A DNA stretch of 64,000 nucleotides from Antedon mediterranea (taxonomy: Eukaryota > Animalia > Echinodermata): contig NC_092678.1 in the NCBI RefSeq assembly GCF_964355755.1, forward strand, positions 15,092,371 through 15,156,370. The letters are read 5' to 3'. The notes beneath the pieces are model-generated. The model searched no databases. It was not told the DNA's origin and saw only the letters and a list, made by a program, of their open reading frames with translations. The position numbers and the translations under genes are program-made. Shown in pieces: positions 57,901 to 64,000 of the stretch. How positions within the stretch are numbered: the stretch's first letter is position 1; every line of letters starts with the position of its first letter.

Positions 57901-60900
57901 TACTTACTTCCTTACTTATTTGTAAATAGAAGAAAATGAAGACGCTATGGAAAAGACTTGACGAAGAAGGTATTCTTGAGGAAAAGTTACTACGTTATTT
58001 GTGGACAACTCAAACCCAAGATCACTTCGAAATATTCATTGAAGTGATGAGGGTGTTTCGGTTGCTTTATGAGAAGAAGAGTGTAAGTATTATGTGCATC
58101 AATTGATAATTATAAGATATTATTCTCTCTCATCAATAGTGTGTAATCACCAATGTTTATAATAACAGGTACAAGAAGGTAACCGTGAATTCTTGGTTCC
58201 ATGTCGGATGAAAGTTTATACAAATACTAGTCTAGAAGTGACAAAAGATGACATGCAGATGGTATCCATTTACCTGACTCCGACAGACTTTCTTCCTGAG
58301 GCTGTGTACCACACTTTAGTTGTTGCATTTCTTGAATTGATGACGGGTACAGATAGTGATGATTCACAAGTGTTCCGGAATCGTAGTGATTTTGAATTTA
58401 AAGATCACAAAGTCAGTTTAGGTGCCGTACAAATTAAGCGTGAAAATGAAAAACCACACGCAATTAAGGTAGGACAATAATAGTTAAATATCTCACTATT
58501 TTTGTAGCATATACATAAATACTAGATCAATAGAATATATGGTCTATTTATTACTTAAGGTATCGTATATGATTGCATAACGCATCTTGCACTACGCACC
58601 TACCAACTTAACATATCTATTATAGTAATGTTTACAATAACACAAATCAACCAACAAAATTATCAAATGATGTTTACACATCTTTAATAAAAAAAAAGAA
58701 AGGCTTCATCAATAACCATTTACTTTTCTTTATTACTTAATAGCTTCAAATATATCGTAGGAAAGAACAGAGTTATGACACAGAAGTTGGTGGCGCCAAA
58801 CCAAAGAAACGAAAACTGCAACCGAGTGTTTGCATGAAGGTAATCATTATTATGCATGCTATTAACACTTCCAAACAAAATGTAATGTAAATGTAAATTA
58901 AATGTAATATTCTACACCACTTACATGTGTTCAGGTACTAAGTTACTTGAGGGACCAACTACAAACCGTATGCAACATATACGAAGGTAGTGCTTACAAG
59001 CTACGTGTGGTATGCGATGCTTGTAATCCAAAGGAAAATCACTTAGTTGACCTTGAAAAGTGTTTGAAAAATGATGCAGTTCCATGTGGAACCGATACGT
59101 CTATGAATACAGCTCATATCAAGCGATATTTTTCTACAGGTAAGTTTTTTTTTCGTTTATGTTCCTTCTTCAATTTTATTAGTTGATCTTAATTAAATCT
59201 ACATCAACAACACACTACAAAATTAACTTAACTCGTTTGGACCTTAGGAGTTTAATGACAGGCGCCTAGCAGATGAATTTCAGTCATGCATCACATATCA
59301 TTGACTTTATCGGTTTACATTTTAATCTTTTAAAGAGCTGCTATATTATTTCATTGATAGTTTAACAATAATACAGGTATCGTTCCCCTGTATTTCATTT
59401 CAAAAACTAAGATGTTTGTTCTTTTAACAAAAGAGTCTATAGCTTTTGCTAGTGATTATAACTTTGTCACTCAGATATGGTGTCCGTTAGAGCTAATCTG
59501 TCACTAAACATTTGTAAGCAGTTAGATAATTGAAGTAATAGTACTATAAATATTCAATTCCAATATACAATACATATATTACAATTAATTACTATACAAT
59601 AGTTATACACACAGGATAAAATAATATTTGTAAATAGTTTCAGTCATATAAACTATACAAAATCTCTGCGATTTCTACAAAACGAATGTTCCGTGGACTG
59701 TTGGAAATATGTTGTGAAGGCACATAAAAGCAAATAAAAGACACATTGCATCTAATTTGCTTATTTTTGGGTAAAATCAGTGATTAACATAAATCGAGAG
59801 AGGAAAAATTCCTTTGCCATCTAATCTGGCTCTTGAAATTAAATATAGTGTAGCTGCTCCTGTTAAATACTATAACGTCCAGTAGGCCTATATGTCTAGA
59901 GACAATAAACATCACCTGCATTTTAATTGTCTGTTACTACATTTCCATTACATAGGTTCCTTATTAAGTATCCTGGGTCGTCGCAAATATAAATCCCTTT
60001 CATGTTTCTAAACATGGCATGATAAGGAGAAATACCATTGTACTACAAAAATTCATGTTAATTTTATTCCCCGTATTTAATTTCTTGAAACATACAGTAG
60101 TTCTTTTTATAATTTTTTGTCGTTCTGTTACAAATAATACTTTACATTTTATCTTTGTGGGAACATCTAATATTCTACTTTACCAAAATACTAACATTTC
60201 TTTTTTGTCAATAGCAATCTTTTCAACTCAATTATTTTTGCGGCATTTCTTATTATTATAACCAACAAAAGTACCAAAGAATGTACACGGTCATCAACCC
60301 ACTGTCTTCCAAATGCTTTACAAAACTTAATGTTTTGTAGATTCACATTCTTATGGTTTTCATCTTTGGTTGAAAGTGTATATTTGTGATAACCTGCAAA
60401 ATTACAAAACAAGTACTTAATTTAAATAAGTTTCATAATTGTTTATCTACAGCCAAAAGTAGTGTATCGTCAGCTAACTGAGCTATTTTAATATCATGTT
60501 GCTTCTTACATTTATAGCCATTTCCTTGCAAAACACCAACAGTCTTCCAAAATCCTTTTTATTGATCTATCATTCGTTGTAATCGAGAGTCTCAACCCAT
60601 TGTATTGGATCCTGACCTAAACCAAATGGCAATTTATTTATTAAAACTATTTGTGAATTCTAGTACAATTTCAACACGTTTTGTTTTCACCAGTGAAGCT
60701 CGTTTTATGAGGCCCTGACATTAGTATTAGTAGTACACCTTTGACACACTTATTGTCTGTAATTCAATCTGTTATATTTATTTCAATTTATTACCCGCTT
60801 TGGTATGTAACGACCATTTTTTTAATCATGACATTTGCCAAAAAAAAAAAACCTTACAATCTAGAAGATGTTTGTAATGATCGTATGTATCATAATATCT

Positions 60901-63002
60901 AACAGCACATTTATTTTGTAATGGTTATTTTTTTTATTTTTACGTTGGAATTAATTTTACTATTGGTCTCTACACGTTAAGCATCCTTCGTACACAAATC
61001 CGTTGATTTTAAATAATGTTAAATAAATAATAACGAAAAATATTTTGTTACAGGTTTTGTTGGCGCATCAAGTTCTAATCTAGGTATGTTATATTTTAAA
61101 TATATCTTTTGAAGAGCTGCTATATTATTTCATTGAGAGTTTAACAATAATACAGGTATTGTTCCCCTTGTATTTCATTCAAAACTAAGATGTTTGTTAT
61201 TTGAGCAAAATAGTCTACAGCTCTATTGCTAGTGATTACAACTTCGTCACTAAGATATTGTGTCCGTGAGAGGTAATCACTAAACATTTGTAAGCAGTTA
61301 GATGATTAAAATAATAGTGCTATATTTATTGAAATTACAATGTATTACTATACAATAGTTATACACACATGATAAAATAACATTGGACAATTTCCTCAGT
61401 CATATTAACTATGTAAAACTATGTAAACATTTCTACTAAAAATAATGCTGTGAGGACGGTTAGGAATCAACCTTTTATATTTTTAAGCAAATACAAGATA
61501 CATTGCTTCTAATTTTCTTATTTTTGGGTAAAATCACTGATTAACATAAATCGAGAGATGAGCAAATCCTCTGCCATCCAATCTGGCTCTTGAATTAGTG
61601 TAGCTGCTCCTGTTAAATACTATATCGTCCAGTAAGCCTATTATGTCTAGAAACAATCAACAGCACCTGCATTTTAATTGTCTGCTACTACCTTTCCATT
61701 ACATAGATTACTTTTTAAGTATCCTGGGTCGTCACAAAAATAAAACCCATTCATTTCTCTTAACATGACATGATACGGGGTAATATCATATTCCTACAAT
61801 AAAGCCTGTTAATTTTATCCCCCGATTTTAATTTATTGGAACATACAGTAATTTCTATTATTATTTTTTCTCGCTCTATTACAAATAATACTATACATTT
61901 TATCTTTGTGGGCATATCTAATATACTACAGTAGTGTAAACTAGCTTGGAGAGTTATTATTTCCACTACTTTACAAAAATACTAACATTTCTTTTTTCCC
62001 ATGTTTTCAATCTTTTTAACCCAGTTATGTTTGTGGTATTTCTTGTTATCATAACCATCAAAAGTACCAAAGAATGTACAGGGTCATCAACAAACTGTAT
62101 TCCAAACGGTTTACCAACATAACGTTTTGAAGATCCACATTCCTTTGATTTTCATTTTTGGTTGAAAATGTATTAAATGTGTGATACCTGCAAACTTAAT
62201 TTAAAAAAGTTTCAATAGGCCTACTTGTTTTTGTCTACAGCCAAAATTATGAGCAATGTTAACCTCCTGTTGCTTCTTAGTACATTTATAGCCATTTCCT
62301 TGTATAATACCAATATTCTTCCAAAATCCTTTCTAATGGTCCATTATTCGTTGTAATCGATAGTCTACACCCATTGTATTGGGTCCTTTACTAAACCAAA
62401 TGGCAATTTATTTATTAAAACTATCTATGTATTCTAGTAAATAAACTAATTCTAGTCTTGTTTTCGCTAGCGAAGGTTCCTTTAATATAACATTTCTAAT
62501 CAGTATCTATTATGTCACCTACTACCAATTTTAGATATTATTATTAGCAATAGCATTATCGGTATCCTGCTTTTTAAAACTGGTTTTACCATGTTTGCAC
62601 ATCAAGAGATTATTCCTCTGTTGTTCCTTTGTTCCTTTGAAAACTGATAATTTACATATATTAAAATAACAATTAAATGCATTACATAGGGTATCAATGG
62701 AATTCCAAAACGTTTGATAAACCATCACTGCCTGAAGCCTTATTGGATTTCATTTCAAACGTGTTTTACATTCATCAATGTTTAGGATCCATTCACATAT
62801 TGCCTTGTTCTTCTGATAAGGCGCTGACATTAGTATTATTTAGTAGGTAACTTAAAATACCTAAAATTGTGGTTCAGACCATTATAATTTATAATCATTA
62901 TAATGTAACCAGATGAATCTGGAGTTTATATTTTGTATGGAAAAATGTATTGTATTGTTGTTTATGTTACAGGTGTTGTTGTGGCATCCAGTTCAACTAC
63001 AG
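1..63002 (+). CDS. Multi-exon ankyrin-repeat ROCO-family (Roc-COR) GTPase gene, partial at both ends; about 31 coding exons found in window
   Basis: GT-AG exons join in frame with compatible phases: 17 ankyrin exons, a capping exon, Roc motifs ([10 protein letters not shown]-loop, STDGI switch I, WDYAGQ switch II, VATHID G4), COR motifs ([22 protein letters not shown]), then 30-bp microexons. Confidence 0.9.
529..625 (+). pseudogene. Dead ankyrin exon (97 bp, frameshifted, with stops); further copies at 1774-1870 and 3016-3112
   Basis: TTTCTAG acceptor then [10 protein letters not shown]; 97 bp is not a multiple of 3; TAG in the ankyrin frame of the 3' half. Confidence 0.8.
1226..1330 (+). 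CDS. Ankyrin exon [35 protein letters not shown]
   Basis: 105 bp, AG/GT bounded, phase 0-0. Confidence 0.9.
2470..2574 (+). CDS. Ankyrin exon [35 protein letters not shown]
   Basis: 105 bp, AG/GT bounded, phase 0-0. Confidence 0.9.
3473..3704. mobile_element. Truncated piggyBac-like non-autonomous element end (also in units 2-4)
   Basis: Ends ...ATTCAAAGGG followed by TTAA, matching the CCCT...AGGG/TTAA piggyBac pattern; other end not found. Confidence 0.4.
5157..5450 (+). mobile_element. tRNA-derived SINE, one per 4.18-kb unit (also ~9343, ~13525, ~17707, ~20849)
   Basis: A-box-like GTGGCCGAGCGGTTAAG and B-box-like GGTCGAGGCTC followed by a non-tRNA body. Confidence 0.7.
5915..6600 (-). 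mobile_element. Decayed 3' fragment of a non-LTR retrotransposon (RTEX-like), one per 4.18-kb unit
   Basis: Minus frame reads [40 protein letters not shown], resembling the RTEX post-RT region; ends in an (AAT)n tail. Confidence 0.4.
6806..6910 (+). CDS. Ankyrin exon A copy 1 [35 protein letters not shown]
   Basis: 105 bp; CACAG acceptor, GAG|GTAATT donor. Confidence 0.85.
7163..7273 (+). CDS. Ankyrin exon B copy 1 [37 protein letters not shown]
   Basis: 111 bp; TTTAG acceptor, AAG|GTAAAG donor. Confidence 0.85.
10989..11093 (+). CDS. Ankyrin exon A copy 2
   Basis: 105 bp, intact splice sites, open frame. Confidence 0.85.
11346..11456 (+). CDS. Ankyrin exon B copy 2
   Basis: 111 bp, intact splice sites, open frame. 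Confidence 0.85.
15174..15278 (+). CDS. Ankyrin exon A copy 3
   Basis: 105 bp, intact splice sites, open frame. Confidence 0.85.
15530..15640 (+). CDS. Ankyrin exon B copy 3
   Basis: 111 bp, intact splice sites, open frame. Confidence 0.85.
19328..19432 (+). CDS. Ankyrin exon A copy 4
   Basis: 105 bp, intact splice sites, open frame. Confidence 0.85.
19683..19793 (+). CDS. Ankyrin exon B copy 4
   Basis: 111 bp, intact splice sites, open frame. Confidence 0.85.
22811..23456 (+). repeat. LTR copy 1 (lacks terminal TTACA), followed by a PPT copy at 23457-23473
   Basis: Matches LTRs 2 and 3; contains three 27-bp tandem repeats CACACCTTACAGCCACCTCACGGAGCA. Confidence 0.95.
23474..24124 (+). 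repeat. LTR copy 2 (651 bp, next to PBS)
   Basis: TGTGATATA...TATATTACA followed by TGG. Confidence 0.95.
24264..24460 (+). repeat. Direct duplication (~103-bp period) in the Gypsy 5' leader
   Basis: AGCTGAAATTATATTTGAATGAGATCGAGAC...GAGGAAGAC at 24264 and 24367. Confidence 0.85.
24847..25812 (+). CDS. gag: Gypsy Gag
   Basis: Capsid-like region ([18 protein letters not shown]) and CCHC knuckle [14 protein letters not shown]. Confidence 0.93.
   Translation: MVDVVDNEVILNEPVNPHPVPHLRQTDFLPKRYDGSITDHDQCSAHYLSFTDYLEAHTLENPVNNAQLINVISIFKRSLQGQARLWIEGKQFDSLESLKTQFINRFSKNKSIYAHIREYDSITYTTGDNAEKHLTKIKQAADRIGYADQQIKNKFISTLPPKCRAAVAMSTPIDATIENIVNSTQNYLDLSVDDATREVSFNINKETDRPNSLESLQHEINSLKLDMATTKRSLNDDTRRSRSPTRNYIPRRNRSPSPYKPRFQTPPTPRYRQPPPTCYYCGKPGHIARHCRQQNRSYGNYPPPYPYQQSNNYYPSHQQDF
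25803..26558 (+). CDS. pol: Pol N-terminal part: aspartic protease, in the -1 frame relative to gag; cut off by an internal duplication
   Basis: LFDSGS active site, DLILG motif; frame is open from the GGATTTTTA at the gag end. Confidence 0.9.
   Translation, partial: GFLERGLDAAYNLAPHTKYDNFKAKYLGNSDNIDLLLNDRNYVKGNLPDGRNVLTLFDSGSTRTIISQSYVNSSLYLSRLKPVKVNTTKFRLGNGDFLYANHLVQFELFIQGHKFKISALIVKNLTGIDLILGTETLSELDGTLNFKENTFRIRPKIFSFRPVHKIFLKPGDTKTVKLKGRVPAFVRNSDVVLHATTHISKLCPSDMLVKLHRGETNIDITNNTNRNVSLNTHQPIASLHLTNLVKQQQLN
26642..30739 (+). CDS. pol: Pol: reverse transcriptase, RNase H, integrase and C-terminal extension
   Basis: RT ([24 protein letters not shown]), RNase H (YSDTS, TELE, VDH, LADFLSR), IN (H-H-C-C, SLDF, ISDAA, QVERH, WVGP). 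Confidence 0.96.
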   Translation: MLVKLHRGETNIDITNNTNRNVSLNTHQPIASLHLTNLVTVTNDLPIDRIKLTNDNANKYPHLERTDPLLTLTEEEIIRKQVDLKDSVLTHREKEDLYITLQQNRNAFSLYGELSSCPNFKADIRLSNDEPFFIRPYFATDKDKHVIEAELNKLVKLGILAVGHQSYTSPVLLVSKKNSKDKRVVTDFRYLNSRIKRINHPFPLLAETLKTIGNANSQILSVIDLKSAFHCVPLAEHAQQYTGIASYHGGKHYYYKRLAQGLNVSPGIFQAKIDEILNEIPNSREFCIAHHDDIILFSQDKFAHKQHLVSVLQALQLNGFRICPKKCKLFKNKVQYMGHTILINSSGHACITPLGDRCAAIRNLPVPRTHKETKRFIGAVNYVSHFFPQIQSILRPLHTLASKRRKFCWSTEHQKAFDEIKQLMVKPPTLQMPRKEGRFTLYSDTSRTATGSYLTQTVNGKEHIIGYYSKILPQACQRYSVTELELFGLYINVSAFRHLLKGCEFDAFVDHSAIVQIWNSKDQPCTPRLQKLILRLSGYIFQIGYKKGTELVLADFLSRAPRDDDSEIDQVVPIAFNITETESLNPITNTFTSRPVTRSYAKKMGINIPDLHKPKPKQTPVINQNPVTPNTRPTPQPTATPQIITRQQTNAHRSPPIITPPIVTPPPIRNVNIRQPPEERLVDKSKQNKDTTHRNVPVELYTSPKPLVPNITEFKSAHIPKQQDLDRLMDVIQRKIIRDYNLPIDVKQLRVEQETSPFFKPVYDYLVHDILPADKKAARAVQNKSEQYILCNGLLFRLFFQDKGGEFVLQLAVPENLAETVISQYHDNLLSSHQGTMRTYLTIRKLFYMPLMFEKVNNYTQACLRCQQFRPKTDKLRPLHDRVPATYRPFHTLSLDFKSMPTSPSGFKHIMVVCDEITRFFICVPLKSIDAETICEALIQKVISIFGPPSRLISDAATSLTGKLLTLLCNTLNIDRKIISVHNHGSLQVERHIRTVSDLLKVNLNQFGTDWVRFVSTTCYAYNSFSSPHLGNHSPYELVFGRQPPSLTSLAFNPISGLSHSYEEYFEHLKKKFQNISQTMLQLQRTQQNVQNSKISQRLEKSPIYSVGQLVYLYKPTSSSLTANSKKIAAEWVGPLVIHEVLDRTHYILATIKGEILRDVFNYNRLKPCFMRTPKERKNFTHLQKLKQLLNEPTDDNNDKIQNTINVVNDETNVEFVDEHDRTPTQLHTDTLTHPTKIEPLNLQPYIDCVENNMGLAAPFQMKEEQIKEQTNLIMTAPNDSNMTLNRGRFKAGHFQVLVSYSKPTSVKRNTDKTKHESNDRKFWWNIDRYNDTDKLIKEIINDKQIPISGSPKRFIKRLYNATSY
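31385..31503 (+). promoter_or_regulatory. Candidate internal Pol II promoter upstream of Gypsy ORF3
   Basis: CCAAT at 31385 and 31424, TATAAATA at 31465, initiator-like ACAGT ~30 bp downstream. Confidence 0.45.
31671..32417 (+). CDS. Gypsy ORF3, 248-aa protein of unknown function
   Basis: Intact ATG ORF between pol and PPT, with the same A/C-rich composition as gag/pol; no recognisable motif. Confidence 0.7.
   Translation: MESEKLDVTQLCLKHKIQMTPLSTECALIKKIILYQSEQNVILHITKMMPFTLDSLKRVLLFLCDIRPADQLTNLKLNTLLHIGSYLCCFDKMSSPIIDYIWKHKSEPALLDFSTIDLSINLDGIATCIPNTHEFHRQHIYSMTLLLLAITKDIKAPQCTTFFSRVRQQTGIIPQDELKPSEHSPFGYVVTKYKKKLYSHIRNMQYLENKYQDTPAKFVNVTPKLKTFILIVQSTNAAEHCFTKIANK
32999..33649 (+). repeat. 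LTR copy 3 (3' LTR, 651 bp)
   Basis: Preceded by PPT AAAAGGGAAACAGAGGGA, followed by ATAT TSD. Confidence 0.95.
34659..34763 (+). CDS. Ankyrin exon A copy 5
   Basis: 105 bp, intact splice sites, open frame. Confidence 0.85.
35016..35126 (+). CDS. Ankyrin exon B copy 5
   Basis: 111 bp, intact splice sites, open frame. Confidence 0.85.
35430..36057 (-). mobile_element. tRNA-derived SINE interrupted by a MITE
   Basis: Minus strand begins GGAGCACTGTGGCGCAGTGGTTAGAGC...GATTCAAGCTC (A/B boxes) and continues TGAGTCCTTGAGCAAGA; 3' boundary approximate. Confidence 0.7.
35679..35990. mobile_element. MITE with ~45-bp imperfect TIRs carrying a tRNA-like segment (35802-35872)
   Basis: CACGATATTTCTTTTCGTACATAAGTTGAGGACCC is inverted relative to GGGTCCCCAACTTATATACGAAAAAAAAATCGCG; internal TAGTCGAGTGG and GGTTCGACTCCC. 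Confidence 0.65.
36456..36560 (+). CDS. Ankyrin exon [35 protein letters not shown]
   Basis: 105 bp, phase 0-0. Confidence 0.9.
36725..36829 (+). CDS. Ankyrin exon [35 protein letters not shown]
   Basis: 105 bp, AAG acceptor, phase 0-0. Confidence 0.82.
36990..37243. repeat. Minisatellite-like insertion of about 11 CACGGCAA-core repeats
   Basis: CCACGGCAAATT and variants spaced ~21-24 bp. Confidence 0.8.
37245..37318 (+). pseudogene. 5'-truncated ankyrin exon ([24 protein letters not shown])
   Basis: 3' 74 bp and donor kept; acceptor and TPLH part replaced by the repeat insertion. Confidence 0.8.
37513..37617 (+). CDS. Ankyrin exon [35 protein letters not shown]
   Basis: 105 bp, phase 0-0. 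Confidence 0.85.
37768..38076 (-). mobile_element. 5'-truncated Rex1/Babar-type LINE 3' end
   Basis: Minus frame [43 protein letters not shown] with a (CTTAT)n tail; empty site visible in the paralogous intron near 38840. Confidence 0.75.
38315..38419 (+). CDS. Ankyrin exon [35 protein letters not shown]
   Basis: 105 bp, phase 0-0. Confidence 0.9.
39384..39468 (+). CDS. Ankyrin capping exon [28 protein letters not shown]
   Basis: CATAG acceptor, A|GTAAGT donor; phase 0-1 links to the Roc exon. Confidence 0.8.
39640..39805 (+). CDS. Roc exon with P-loop: [53 protein letters not shown]
   Basis: Typical pre-Roc PPEI..G..AI..Y motif and GxxxxGKTS. Confidence 0.93.
40087..40204. repeat. Perfect 35-bp inverted repeat (probable small MITE)
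   Basis: ATTCAAGTAAATTTTCTTTTGGATGATCCAAAGTC (40087-40121) and its reverse complement (40170-40204). Confidence 0.85.
40227..40318 (+). CDS. Roc exon, switch I: [30 protein letters not shown]
   Basis: STDGI motif; phase 2-1. Confidence 0.9.
41083..42683 (+). CDS. THAP + HTH + Harbinger-type DDE transposase with one frameshift at ~42501-42504
   Basis: THAP ([10 protein letters not shown]...W...VCSSHF...P), [26 protein letters not shown]; C-terminus [10 protein letters not shown]...[16 protein letters not shown] continues in the shifted frame. Confidence 0.9.
42760..43220. repeat. About three degenerate tandem copies in the spacer between the convergent transposon genes
   Basis: TTACAAAACTTTATATTTA and ACATAAGAAAAAATGGTGCTTTC recur three times. 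Confidence 0.7.
43294..44948 (-). CDS. SWIM zinc finger + YqaJ (lambda exonuclease-like) protein, split by a 5-bp duplication at 44511-44520
   Basis: [13 protein letters not shown] (SWIM), [37 protein letters not shown]. Confidence 0.9.
45268..45336 (+). CDS. Roc insertion exon [23 protein letters not shown]
   Basis: CACAG acceptor, AAG|GTAGGT donor, phase 1-1. Confidence 0.7.
47348..47454 (+). CDS. Roc exon, switch II: ...[20 protein letters not shown]
   Basis: WD(F/Y)AGQ..YY.TH Roc signature; 5' boundary less certain. Confidence 0.9.
48199..48316. mobile_element. Short Helentron/HINE-like element
   Basis: (GACC)n-like tract then degenerate hairpin AGTCGCGTTGCACGATACT and an A-run. Confidence 0.45.
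48487..48576 (+). CDS. Roc exon [30 protein letters not shown]
   Basis: Continues TH-R-FFL motif; 90 bp, phase 0-0. Confidence 0.88.
48704..48895 (+). CDS. Roc exon with G4: [18 protein letters not shown]...[13 protein letters not shown]
   Basis: W..S and VATHID motifs; 192 bp. Confidence 0.92.
50801..51046 (+). CDS. Roc end / COR start exon (...MVNN...GIEKLK...IPLKWLDF...ISFNE)
   Basis: 246 bp, phase 0-0; COR P..W motif. Confidence 0.9.
51927..51965. repeat. (TA)n microsatellite
   Basis: Read directly. Confidence 0.95.
52932..53768 (+). pseudogene. LINE ORF1 (coiled coil + RRM) with two in-frame stops
   Basis: [41 protein letters not shown]. Confidence 0.85.
53956..57018 (+). pseudogene. 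LINE ORF2 (AP endonuclease + RT) with a frameshift near 55930, stops and a deletion
   Basis: [62 protein letters not shown]. Confidence 0.92.
57579..57773 (+). CDS. COR exon [10 protein letters not shown]...[13 protein letters not shown]...LRNTVITN
   Basis: Matches the COR L.(F/Y)LHDLG.I pattern; 195 bp. Confidence 0.9.
57930..58082 (+). CDS. COR exon [25 protein letters not shown]...EVMRVFRLL
   Basis: 153 bp, phase 0-0. Confidence 0.88.
58169..58468 (+). CDS. COR exon [14 protein letters not shown]...[13 protein letters not shown]...
   Basis: FLVP and FLP..(F/Y) COR motifs; 300 bp. Confidence 0.88.
58744..58839 (+). CDS. COR exon [32 protein letters not shown]
   Basis: 96 bp, phase 0-0. 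Confidence 0.8.
58935..59139 (+). CDS. COR end exon with CxxC-H-C motif ([28 protein letters not shown])
   Basis: 205 bp, phase 0-1. Confidence 0.85.
61054..61083 (+). CDS. 30-bp microexon [10 protein letters not shown]
   Basis: TGTTACAG acceptor, AG|GTATGT donor, phase 1-1 matches the preceding exon. Confidence 0.72.
   Translation, partial: VLLAHQVLI
62973..63002 (+). CDS. 30-bp microexon [10 protein letters not shown]
   Basis: Paralogue of 61054-61083 with the same splice sites and length. Confidence 0.72.
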
Positions 63003-63319
63003 GTATGTTGTATTTATTATGGTATTGGTTTAGATTAAGTTAATATTAATTAAACTGTACAACTTTCTTCATTAAGCAACTAAAAGACACATTTAATTTT
63101 CCTATTATTTGAAGTAAAATCACTGATTAACATAAATCGAGAGATGAAAAAATCCTCTGCGATCCAATCTGGCTCTTGAAAATAATAATAATAAATAATA
63201 TATTTATACAAGATAAAACAATCAAATAACAGTGTATCTGTTTTACATTGTGGTCCTGTTTTAATCAAAATATACAAAAGAGAAACTTAATTAAATATAA
63301 TACAGTGTTTATGAAAAAA

Positions 63320-63800
63320 AATGAGATTTGTATCTAGCCTTAAAGGAAGTAATTGTTGGTGCCGATTTAATATTAATTGGTAAACTGTTCCATATTTTTG
63401 CGCCTGCAACTTTAAAGGATGAATTCATTTTACTAAGGGTATTGTTACATTCAAATTTTCTACTCCACTTGTTAAGTGGGTATGAATATCGCGAATCAAT
63501 TCAATTTCATTTACTAATCTAATTGGTGCAAGGATGTAAACACATTTATACATTAGACATGCTATGGAGAAATCTCGTTTCTCTTCAAGAGTTTGCCACG
63601 ATAGGTTCTGGATGATTTTGTCACCCCTTACATTAATATAATCAAAGTTGCTCTTTTTTTATGTCGCTTTAAAATATTTTTGTTTAACTCTGTCGTATTT
63701 CCCCAGACTGTTATAGCATAATCACTACAATGCTGAATTGTACTAAGAGTTTCTAGTAACGGTTTACTTAAACTACTAGCCATTTGGATCAGCATATGTT
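63320..63800 (-). mobile_element. Decayed CR1/L2-group LINE 3' fragment
   Basis: Minus frame SFKVAGAKIWNSLPINIKSAPTITSFKARYK and DYAITVWG. Confidence 0.75.
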
Positions 63801-64000
63801 AAATTTCAATGATATATTATATAATTATCAAAATCCATTGTTATTAACATAGTAATTATATGAAAGTGGTCAAACATAGCTACTGAAACAGAACCAAGTT
63901 TTGAATGTTGGACACAAAGGTTGATTTTGGATTCTGTTACTTGTTTTATTAACCGTCCTCATTATTTAGGAGATCCCAGATTAGGCTGTCATTAATAATA

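Larger units (their letters stand above)
59325..63185 (+). repeat. Diverged tandem duplication (~1.8-kb units; two copies plus a fragment), each complete unit ending in a 30-bp microexon
   Basis: AAGAGCTGCTATATTATTTCATTGA at ~59333 and ~61112; TGATTAACATAAATCGAGAGA at ~59781, ~61538, ~63124. Confidence 0.85.

Noticed and set aside
39640-59139. Naming the gene DAPK1, LRRK1/2 or MFHAS1
   Set aside because: No LRR or kinase seen, ankyrin count and consensus differ, and both ends lie outside the window, so orthology cannot be assigned

Overview
AT-rich eukaryotic (invertebrate animal) genomic DNA, not prokaryotic: spliceosomal GT-AG introns, SINEs, LINEs and LTR elements. Frequent TAGGCCTA motifs hint at an echinoderm, which is weak inference. 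The whole window lies inside one + strand gene that the ORF track mostly misses: an ankyrin-repeat ROCO-family protein (ANK array - Roc GTPase - COR - Cys/His motif - microexon linker), open at both window edges. Each ankyrin repeat is its own phase-0 exon of 105 or 111 bp. At least 17 intact ones sit in three separately expanded blocks: ~1.24-kb units, five ~4.18-kb two-exon units and shorter diverged units. About 10 dead exon copies lie among them, and changes between near-identical copies concentrate at particular codons. This exon-cassette architecture is the best candidate for an undescribed system, a rapidly diversifying intracellular receptor. The introns carry a non-autonomous Helitron (21627-33813) containing a Ty3/Gypsy element (22811-33649) with three LTRs, an HHDD RT motif and an extra unknown ORF. 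They also carry a complete ISL2EU (PHIS group) DNA transposon (40349-45046), a decayed L2/Crack-type LINE (~52-57.5 kb), smaller LINE fragments, tRNA-derived SINEs and MITEs. All coordinates were read by eye and no database search was run.
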